Below are positions 28,837 through 37,000 of a DNA stretch of 64,000 nt, one piece after another (position 1 is the stretch's first letter; every line of letters begins with the position of its first letter). A program made the position numbers and the translations under genes. Source of the DNA: Thermoanaerobaculia bacterium (GTDB taxonomy: Bacteria; Acidobacteriota; Thermoanaerobaculia; Multivoradales; Multivoraceae); NCBI GenBank assembly GCA_022822365.1, contig JAJEBV010000008.1, positions 169,524 to 233,523 on the forward strand. The letters run 5' to 3'. The notes under the pieces were generated by a model that worked only from the letters and a program-made list of their open reading frames with translations, was not told where the DNA came from and searched no databases.

Positions 28837-29349
28837 ATGCTGAAACACTCCACGACCATACGCGACGTGAGCCGTGCGCTTCCAACGCTCGTGCCCTCGG
28901 ACCCCGGTCTTGCCGTGCCTCTCTCGGCCGACCGGCTTGATGCCCACACGAAAGAGCTACGCCACCACTACGACGACCTCTTCCCGGTTATCGATCGCGC
29001 AGGCCACACGCTCGCGGGGGCGATCAAGATGCTCGACCCCGGGGAGAGCCCCGATCCCGGTGGTGAAGGCGTCGCTGCTCTCGAACAGAGCGAGGCCTAC
29101 TTCAAGCACCGTCGAGAGCAGCTCCTGCACCTGCGCAACGCCTTCGTTGAGATCGGCGCTTCGCCTTCGCACGAGATCTTCGAAGCGCTCGACCGCCTCG
29201 ACGAGCTGTACATGTGGATCGTCGTGACGATGCAGGAGGCACGCTGGGACGTCTTGATCTTCAAGGGACTCAAGGCCGGGGCCGCATCCCCAAGGGAGCG
29301 CTCCTTCACGTCCTCAGCCGCGTGGCTGGCGTCGCTTCCCGGCCGTTGA
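28837..29349 (+). CDS. hypothetical protein
   Basis: 170 aa ORF with an ATG start, non-repetitive composition and no recognised motif. Confidence 0.35.
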   Translation: MLKHSTTIRDVSRALPTLVPSDPGLAVPLSADRLDAHTKELRHHYDDLFPVIDRAGHTLAGAIKMLDPGESPDPGGEGVAALEQSEAYFKHRREQLLHLRNAFVEIGASPSHEIFEALDRLDELYMWIVVTMQEARWDVLIFKGLKAGAASPRERSFTSSAAWLASLPGR

Positions 29350-29389
29350 CCTACGCCGTCACGCAGGCAAGGGGATCGGGTCGGGCCAG

Positions 29390-29725
29390 CTACCTGATCA
29401 GCGCGCGGCGCGCGCCGAACGCCTCTTTCGCCCTTGCAGCCCGGTGTTCTTCGTACAGCGCAGGATCAGGGTCGACCTCCACCATCTCGCCGTTCTCGAC
29501 GACCAGTACCTTCGTGCCGTGCACATGCGCGTCCCAGTGCGCGCGGCGCACCGCCCGCTCCATCGCCGCGGGCGCTGCCTGCATGTCGGGATCGTCGAGC
29601 TTCGACACGGGAAGTCGTTCGGACTCGTCCGCCACCGGGGTTTCTACCTCCTCGTGAGAGTCTACGAGATCCGGGTTCACCCGGCCGGCGTTATAGTCGA
29701 GAAGCTGAGGCTGGGAGCCGGTCAT
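29390..29725 (-). CDS. hypothetical small acidic protein
   Basis: Internal ATG of the track ORF 29390..29968 gives a ~111 aa acidic product. Divergent from the multiubiquitin gene with a 55-bp gap. Confidence 0.3.
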   Translation of the reverse strand: MTGSQPQLLDYNAGRVNPDLVDSHEEVETPVADESERLPVSKLDDPDMQAAPAAMERAVRRAHWDAHVHGTKVLVVENGEMVEVDPDPALYEEHRAARAKEAFGARRALIR

Positions 29726-29780
29726 CTGACCACCGCCTGGCCTCTCGGCGAGAGGAACTGGAGGTCTCCTGAGGGGCAGC

Positions 29781-30236
29781 ATGATCCACTTCACCATCAA
29801 CGGACAGGAGTTCGAGTCTCCGCAGAAACGCGTCTCCGTCGAGTGGCTCCTGAAGTTGATCGGCTGGAGCCCGAAGGACGCCCAGCTCGTGCGTGAGGTC
29901 ACGGGCGAGACGTGGTCCGACCCGTCCGCTGAGGTCGAGTTGCGCGAGGGGGACAAGTTCGAGGCCAAGCCGCGTCGGGGCCCGCTGCCTCCGGAGTCAA
30001 AGATCCACTACAAGGTGAACGGAGAGCCGCAGGTCACAACGAAGACGCCGATGATCCTCGAGGAAATCCTGCGCCGCGCGGGCGCCGACGCCGCCATCGA
30101 CCTCAACCAACTGGGGAGCTACTACCTCGACAACGTGGGTACGGGCGCCAGGTACGAGAACCTCGACGACGAAGTGCCGATCGTCGACGGCGACGAATTC
30201 GTGGCCCTCTACGCCGGACCGACGCCCGTCGCCTGA
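29781..30236 (+). CDS. multiubiquitin-like protein (two tandem beta-grasp/Ubl repeats)
   Basis: 151 aa. Two ~70-aa repeats each start with IH(F/Y)x(I/V)NG and end with (D/E)GDxF (IHFTINGQEF...EGDKFE; IHYKVNGEPQ...DGDEFVALYAG). First gene of an E2/E1/JAB operon. Confidence 0.6.
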   Translation: MIHFTINGQEFESPQKRVSVEWLLKLIGWSPKDAQLVREVTGETWSDPSAEVELREGDKFEAKPRRGPLPPESKIHYKVNGEPQVTTKTPMILEEILRRAGADAAIDLNQLGSYYLDNVGTGARYENLDDEVPIVDGDEFVALYAGPTPVA

Positions 30237-30240
30237 CGCA

Positions 30241-30621
30241 GTGCTCGAGACCATCGCCCGAGAGTTGCGGGAACTCGATGTCGAGGCCCGCGTCGTGCAT
30301 TCGTGGAACGGAATGGGGGGCGGCGGCGTCGTTTTCCCGCTCCGTGCGCCAAGCGGCCGCTTCAAGGGGAAGACACTGCAGCTTGGCCTGAGCTTTCAGG
30401 AGGATGCCTACCCTGAGTACCCGCCGCACTTCGTCCACTTTCGGCAAGCGGAGATCGAGGGCACGCACTTCACGATGCACTCGAAGCACGAGTTCGAAGG
30501 CGCCGAATGGTGGGCCTTCAGCTTCCCTCCGAGCGACTTCTGGGACCGTCTGGCGCCATCGGAGAAGAACATGCGGACCTACGTCCGGCGCCATCTCTAT
30601 CGCGTCCTGGAGCAATTGTGA
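30241..30621 (+). CDS. E2/UEV-like protein (UBC fold without a catalytic Cys)
   Basis: 126 aa, GTG start 5 nt after the previous stop. GKTLQLGLSFQEDAYPEYPPHFVHF mirrors the E2 core (FPxDYPFKPPKVxF), but the protein contains no cysteine. Confidence 0.5.
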   Translation: MLETIARELRELDVEARVVHSWNGMGGGGVVFPLRAPSGRFKGKTLQLGLSFQEDAYPEYPPHFVHFRQAEIEGTHFTMHSKHEFEGAEWWAFSFPPSDFWDRLAPSEKNMRTYVRRHLYRVLEQL

Positions 30622-32075
30622 CCTTCGAGGCGGCGTTCGTCGAGTCCACTCACGATGCAGCTTGCCGCCACCTGCTGGCGCATCTGCGCTCGGGCAGACG
30701 GCAGGAAGATCTCTGCTTCGCGCTGTGGCGGCCAAGTACCGGCGCCAGTCGGACGACCGCCCTGATTTCGGAGCTCGTCTTGCCGGAGGAAGGCGAGCGC
30801 ACCCTGCACGGCGGCGCGAGCTTCCAGCCGAACTTCCTGTCACGCGCCCTTCGCCTCGCCTGCGACCAGAACGCAGGTCTGGCCTTCCTGCACAGCCATC
30901 CGGTACCCGGCTGGCAGGGCATGAGTAGTGCGGATGTGAAGGCCGAACGGGACCGCATCGGCGGGCCGGCCCGAGCCACTGGTCTTCCGCTCGTAGGCCT
31001 CACGCTCGGAACGGACGAATCGTGGAGCGCCCGTTTCTGGAACTGGGAAGGCGGCGAGCTCGAGCGAACGTGGTGCCCGAAGGTGAGGGTCATCGGTCGT
31101 CGCCTGCGTCTGACCTGGAACGACGAACTGGTGCCGCCGCCCCGGCGGCGAGCGGTCCTCCGGCGCACGACAGACACTTGGGGCTGCGCGCGCCAATCAG
31201 ACCTGGCTCGGCTGCGGATAGGAGTCGTGGGTCTCGGGAGCGTCGGGTGCCTCGTTGCGGAGACACTCGCCCGCATCGGCGTCGAGAACATCGTTCTCGT
31301 GGACGCGGACCAAGTGAAGCGCCACAACCTGGACCGTCTCCTGTACGCTGGCGAGGACGACATCGGCCGCCTCAAAGTCGAACTCGCAGCCGAGAATCTG
31401 CGCCGGTCGGCGACGGCCGCGAACTTCACCGTCGAGTCCCACGTCGGCTGGCTCCAGCAGAGCGACTGCTATCGCGCCGCGCTGGACTGCGACGTCCTGT
31501 TCTCCTGTGTGGACCGACCTCTTCCAAAGGACCTTGTGAACCACATCGCCTACGCCCACTGCGTCCCCGTCGTGTTCGGCGGCGTCTTCGTCGACACGAA
31601 GCGGGACAGCACACTCGGCCAAGCGACCTGGAGCGTGGTCCGTGCCGGGCCCGAGCGCCGCTGCCTGCGATGCGACGGGCAGTACACGACCTCGGACGTC
31701 GCCATGGAGCGCGACGGCTCCCTGGACGACCCGAACTACATCGCCAGACTCACCGGCGGCAGACCTACGAACCAGAACGTGTTCCCGTTCAGCGCCAACC
31801 TCGCCAGTCTCATGACGCTCGAGATGATTCGAATGGTCGTGGGCGACACATGGTGGCCCCAGAATGCCGGCAAGCTGGACTACAGCTTCGTGCCGAACGT
31901 GCTTCGCACGGAAGACAGCCGCTGCCGCGAGTACTGTGAGGTGGCGAACCGGACGGCGCTGGGAGATCACATCGCCTATCCGTTCCTCGAAGCGGCGGCG
32001 CCCTCCGCCAACCTCGGGCGGATGGCTCGACTGCGAAGCTGGCTTCGGAAACTGGTAGGCGGGAGGGCCCCATGA
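30618..32075 (+). CDS. JAB/JAMM deubiquitinase-like domain fused to an E1-like (ThiF/MoeB) adenylyltransferase
   Basis: GTG start overlapping the E2-like stop (GTGA). JAMM motif LAFLHSHPVPGWQGMSSAD (HxHx7Sx2D). E1 Rossmann IGVVGLGSVGCLVAETLARIGV...VDADQVKRHNLDRLL. Cys-rich region CLRCDG. Confidence 0.8.
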   Translation: MTFEAAFVESTHDAACRHLLAHLRSGRRQEDLCFALWRPSTGASRTTALISELVLPEEGERTLHGGASFQPNFLSRALRLACDQNAGLAFLHSHPVPGWQGMSSADVKAERDRIGGPARATGLPLVGLTLGTDESWSARFWNWEGGELERTWCPKVRVIGRRLRLTWNDELVPPPRRRAVLRRTTDTWGCARQSDLARLRIGVVGLGSVGCLVAETLARIGVENIVLVDADQVKRHNLDRLLYAGEDDIGRLKVELAAENLRRSATAANFTVESHVGWLQQSDCYRAALDCDVLFSCVDRPLPKDLVNHIAYAHCVPVVFGGVFVDTKRDSTLGQATWSVVRAGPERRCLRCDGQYTTSDVAMERDGSLDDPNYIARLTGGRPTNQNVFPFSANLASLMTLEMIRMVVGDTWWPQNAGKLDYSFVPNVLRTEDSRCREYCEVANRTALGDHIAYPFLEAAAPSANLGRMARLRSWLRKLVGGRAP

Positions 32076-33340
32076 GCGCCATCACGAGTCTCGCTCTGAC
32101 GGACGTGCGCTGCTTCGAGGGTACTCAGCGTGTCGGACTGCCCCGCATCGCGGTGGTGGTGGGAGAGAACAGCGCAGGGAAGTCGACCTTCCTGGGCTGC
32201 CTTCGCGGCATGGCCAAACTGGCGAGTCTCGACGACCTGGACGACGAGAACCACTTCGATCAGCCGCCGTTCAACATGGGGCCGTTCAGCACGATCGCCC
32301 GCTCCGGCGCGGTAACCTTCGCGCTGGAAGCGACATTCGAGGGCCACAGCTACGAACGCGTGCGCGTCGTCTACGACGAAGGTCCCGACGGCGAACCCCG
32401 CGAGCGGGAGCTGGAATTCGTGCTCAGTACGAAGGGGCCCGACGCACTTGCCTTCGGCATCACGCGGATCGACCCGTCAGACGATGAACACAGGGAGACG
32501 TGGCGAGTCGCCGGACCGGGTTTCGAGTTCGACTTCGAACAGTCGTCGGTTTCCTACCGGCAGTTCAGCACTTGGCTCTCGCGCTCCGTCCGTCGGGGCA
32601 ACCTCCCGCACGACGGCGATCCGACCTTGAGGCGAAAGCGAACCGGCGACGTGACGCCGGAAGCGGATCGGGCGTTCACCCGCTTCGTGAACTTCTTCCG
32701 GGAAAGCCCTCGCGTTCCGCCGCCCGACCAGAAGCTCCTGGTTGTCGCCAACAACCCGGTCGGTTGGCCGCGCGACCGCTCGTTCGCCACAAACCCGTTC
32801 GGCCGGGCGATGGACGAGCCGAGGCTCTCCGAGATTCGGAAACTGGGTAGTGAACTCGGCCTCTTCGGCGACTTGGAGATTCGGCGCGGACCCGCTGGCG
32901 AGTACGAGGTGTGGGCCGACGCCTCCGGCGAGAGCCGCAACCTCGTCGACGTCGGCTTCGGCATTCAGAGCGCGCTGCCAATGCTCCATGCCATCGTTTC
33001 TGCGACGAAGGGGGCCACGCTCCTCCTGCAACAGCCCGAGGCTCATCTGCACCCAAGAACGCAGGCTGCGCTGGTGCGCGTGATCGTGTCGCGCGGTAGT
33101 CGGCTCCTGGTCGAGACGCATAGCGACCACGTTCCGGACTGGTTCCGTATCGCCGCGATGTCGGGGCAGGTGGATCCGCAAGACGTGGGGATCGCCTACT
33201 TCCACCGCAGTGACAACGGCGCCTCCACGACCCTGCACGACATTCGGCTTGACGATCAAGCGAATCTGGACGATCCACCGCGCGGTTTCCGGGACTTCTT
33301 CGTCGACGAGACCGAGCGACTTCTCGGCTTCCGCCGGTAG
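32072..33340 (+). CDS. ABC-type (AAA_15/AAA_21, OLD/SMC-like) ATPase
   Basis: ATG overlapping the previous stop (ATGA). Walker A GENSAGKST, Walker B/D-loop LLLQQPEAHLHP. Confidence 0.75.
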   Translation: MSAITSLALTDVRCFEGTQRVGLPRIAVVVGENSAGKSTFLGCLRGMAKLASLDDLDDENHFDQPPFNMGPFSTIARSGAVTFALEATFEGHSYERVRVVYDEGPDGEPRERELEFVLSTKGPDALAFGITRIDPSDDEHRETWRVAGPGFEFDFEQSSVSYRQFSTWLSRSVRRGNLPHDGDPTLRRKRTGDVTPEADRAFTRFVNFFRESPRVPPPDQKLLVVANNPVGWPRDRSFATNPFGRAMDEPRLSEIRKLGSELGLFGDLEIRRGPAGEYEVWADASGESRNLVDVGFGIQSALPMLHAIVSATKGATLLLQQPEAHLHPRTQAALVRVIVSRGSRLLVETHSDHVPDWFRIAAMSGQVDPQDVGIAYFHRSDNGASTTLHDIRLDDQANLDDPPRGFRDFFVDETERLLGFRR

Positions 33341-33349
33341 GGCTGGGAC

Positions 33350-33844
33350 GTGTGTACTCGGGTAGTGCTGGACGCAAGTGCGTTCGACGTCGTCAACGAG
33401 GAATCGCCGGCGTCGGCCGGCGTGCAGCTCCGACATTGGATAGCCGAAGGGCATGGGCGGGTTGCGTACTCCACCTACGATCGTTGCGGGAAGCAACTCA
33501 AGTGGGACGACAAGGTCTGGGCACTCGTTCGCCGCTACAGCCAGAGCGGCCTGGCGAATCGAGTAGCTGACCAAGATGTTCAACGGGAAGAAGAACGGCT
33601 GCGACCCGTCGTGACACGCTCCGGGGAGAACGACAGGCAAATGCTCGCCCTCGCGGCCGCCTCTGATGCGAGGGTGATGGTCGTCAAAGATGGGAACCTG
33701 ACGAAGGACTTTGAGGACGTGGCGATCCTGCCGAAGGTGCCGGGCTATCGGCGTCGGGCCTTCCCGAAGGAGCTTCCGAGCCCGGCACGCAACGACTTCC
33801 TCCACAGGCGTCGCTGCTCACGGCGGCTGTCCTCACGTTCCTGA
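33350..33844 (+). CDS. small protein with a PIN-like signature (tentative)
   Basis: GTG start 10 nt after the ATPase stop. The N-terminal VVLDASAF and the later SGENDRQMLALAAASDARVMVVKDG resemble PIN acidic-residue blocks. Weak call. Confidence 0.35.
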   Translation: MCTRVVLDASAFDVVNEESPASAGVQLRHWIAEGHGRVAYSTYDRCGKQLKWDDKVWALVRRYSQSGLANRVADQDVQREEERLRPVVTRSGENDRQMLALAAASDARVMVVKDGNLTKDFEDVAILPKVPGYRRRAFPKELPSPARNDFLHRRRCSRRLSSRS

Positions 33845-33888
33845 GGCGACGGTGGACGGATCGACCAGCGTCCGGGAGTGCCACTACG

Positions 33889-33923
33889 CTTGAAAATCCA
33901 GCAGTCACCGCCGAGATTTCAAG
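33889..33923. promoter_or_regulatory. inverted repeat CTTGAAAATCC-N13-GAGATTTCAAG upstream of the giant helicase gene
   Basis: The half-site matches the 11-mer CTTGAAATCTC found in the 12.2-kb direct-repeat cluster. Located about 80 bp upstream of the 34004 start. Confidence 0.55.
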
Positions 33924-34003
33924 CGCGATGACCCGCGCCTCGGCGTCGCTTAGAACGCACGCCTCAAGGCTCAGAGCCCACAAGCGTTAGCCTTGCCGGC
34001 TCC

Positions 34004-37000
34004 ATGGCCCTGAACCCGGTCGTCTTCACGGAGAAGGTCCTCCAGAGCTTTCTCCGCTACCAGTTGCGGGCCTATCCGTTCGCGGATCCGCGCCTGCACG
34101 GGCAGATGCGGGAACTGCTTTCGCTCGACGAAGCGCGGCAGTCGCCGCTGCTGCAGGGACCGTTCGTCAGCCTCTCGCGGCCCTTCCGCGGCGGCGCGGC
34201 TGTGGCGGATCTGGCGGATGAGGGCCTGCTCCACCCTCACCTGGAGCAACGGATCCCGAACGACATCAAGGAGCTCTACCGGCACCAGGAGAAGGCGATC
34301 CGCGCGATCGTCGGGGGGCGCTCGACGCTCGTTTCGACCGGCACCGGCTCCGGCAAGACGGAGTGCTTCCTCTACCCGATCGTCAGTCGCTGCCTGCGGC
34401 TGCGGGACGAGGGTGCGGCGGCCGGCATCAGCGCCGTGATCGTCTATCCGATGAACGCGCTGGCCGAGGATCAGTTGATGCGGCTGCGCTCGCTGCTGGC
34501 GGGCACGGGCGTTTCGTTCGGGATGTACGTCGGCAAGACGCCGGAGAGAGAAGGCGACGTGGTCGGCGTCAGGCTTCCTCCGGGATCTTCCCAGGCGGAC
34601 TACGAGGCGCAGCTAGAAGCGACGAGGAAGGCCAAGAGCGGCGAGAGCGTGTTCCCGGCCGAGGAGGCCTGCTCGCGGGAGGCGATGCGTTCGGCCGGCG
34701 AGCAACCGCGCATCCTGCTCACGAACGTGAAGCAACTGGAACTGCTTCTCACCCGCCAGCGGGACGCCGAGCTGTTCCACGGCGCCCGGCTCGACTACCT
34801 CGTGTTCGACGAGGCTCACACGTTCACCGGAGCGATGGGCGCCGAGACCGCGTGCCTCGTCCGCCGTTTACGGGCCTTCTGCGGGCGACAGGCCGCGGAC
34901 ACGGTCTGCGTCGCCACCTCGGCGACGATCGTCGACCGCGAGCGGCCGGAGGCGGCTCGCGCCTTCGCGTCACGGTTCTTCGGCGTGCCGGAGGAGTCCG
35001 TCGAGACGGTCGCGGAGGACTACGAGGAAGAGGTCTGGAGCGACGAGAGATGGCTGCCAGCGGCAGCGCCGCACGGAGACACCGCCGAGATCCTGGCTGA
35101 CTGCGTGGCGGCGGTCGAGGATGACGTGGAAGGGCCGGGAGACGCTGTCCGCCGCTCTTACCGGGCGCTTGCCGGCCGGGATCTGGACGGTGACAGTGAG
35201 CCCTGGCCCGAAGCGCTCTACGGAGCCCTGGCGCGGAGCGAGATCGTCTATCGCCTGAACGAGGCGCTACACGAGCCGCGGCCGCTCCACGAACTGCCGC
35301 CGAAGCTCGCGGAAGCCATCGGCCGGGGGATCACTGAAGCCGAGATCCTGGCCTGGCTGACCCTGGCCGCCGCGGCTCGAAGGGATGGCCGGCCTCTACT
35401 GCGGCCGGTGGTCCACGGCTTCGTGCGCGGGATTCCCGGCGCGGTCGTCTCCTTTCCGGGCGAGACGGACCAGCCTCGGCTCTGGCTGGCCGCGGAGGAC
35501 GAGATCGAGCACGGCGGGACGGCGCCGGCCGAGGGGACCGAACCGTCAGGCGAAGCGCGGTCGGCGCGTCTGCCCGTGCTCACCTGCACGACCTGCGGCC
35601 AGCACTACTATGAGGCCCATCTCGAGGACTTCTCGTTCACCGGCAAACGCCCGGGTGGCGGCGAGCCGCATGGGGACGGCGTCGTCTGGCGAAAGCTCGA
35701 CGAGGCCCGGGAGGGCAAGCGAGTGCTCCTGGTGGATCGCCTGATCGGCGGCGACGAGCACGACGCAGAGGACGAAGGCGGCCCGGCCCAGGAACGACGC
35801 AACGGCAACAGTGAGGCCGCGAGCGTCCTCGAACGGCGAACCGCTCCGGTTCACCTCTGCCGGTACTGCGGCGCGGCGCATGAACGACCGGGCGGGAACT
35901 GCCTCGCCTGCGGCGCGCCCGGCCCGAGAATCCGCCTTCACGCCGTCCGCCAGAAGAAGGACAGGCCCGGCGTCCTGACGAGCTGCCTCTCGTGCAACGC
36001 GCTGGGCGGCCGGGGCGGAGGCGGCCACTACCGCGAACCGGCGCGGCCCGTCCGCGCCAGCAACGCCGCCGACGTGCACGTTCTGGCTCAGGACATGGTC
36101 CAACAATCGGAGCGGAGGCGGCTGCTCGTGTTCTGCGACAACCGGCAAGACGCTGCGTTCCAGGCCGGCTGGATGAAGGACCACGCCCGCCGGTTCCGGC
36201 TGCGGTCGTTGATGGCCGACGGGCTCAAGGATGGGCACAGGTCGGTGGGCGACCTGACGTGGTTCCTGGAAGACGCGCTGGAGGAGGACGAGGCGCTCTC
36301 TCGCGCGTTGATCCCGGAGGTCTGGGTCGTGGCCCGCAAGGAGGCTGTCGGCCAACGCCACCGCGAGGAACGGCGGAAGTTCCTGCGCATGCAGGTGCTG
36401 CGCGAGATCTCGGAGTCCGCCCGGCAACCCCTGGGGCTCGAACCCTGGGGCCGGATGAAGGTCGACTACGCCGGTCTGGACGCCTCGCTGCCGTGGATCC
36501 AGGATCAGGCGAACCGGCTCGGCCTGCCGCCGGAATCGATGCGCGAAGGGGTCGCCGCAGCACTCGACTACGTTAGGCGGCAGAAGGTCCTCCACGACGC
36601 GGAGTACAAGACGTTCACCAAGAACTGGCTCGCCGGCGACCTGGAGATCCAGCAGGGCTATCTCCGGCGGACTGGCGGGCCAAAGGGCGTCAAGTTGAAA
36701 CGCGGCCCCGGCGACGATCGCGGCCGCGTCCTGCAATGGTTGAGTGAGGGCGGCCAGACCACGATGAGGCAGATGGCCGTGAAGTGGGGCGCCGAGCCGG
36801 AACAGGCGGAGGAGCTGCTGCGGAGCCTGTTCGAGATGTTGGTAGAGCGCGGCCTGCTGCAATCGGTGCAACTCCTGGGCGCACACAGAAACCCGATGCC
36901 GAACGCCAGCGGCGTGTACCAGGTCGACGCCGACCGAATCGAGCTGTCGCCCCACCGCGGCGTCTACCGCTGCCGCAGTTGCCGCGCCCGCACGGTCCGC

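Noticed and set aside
29444-29896. 150-aa plus-strand ORF upstream of the multiubiquitin gene
   Set aside because: It has an Arg/His-rich artefactual translation. It overlaps a more protein-like minus-strand ORF and the start of the multiubiquitin gene.
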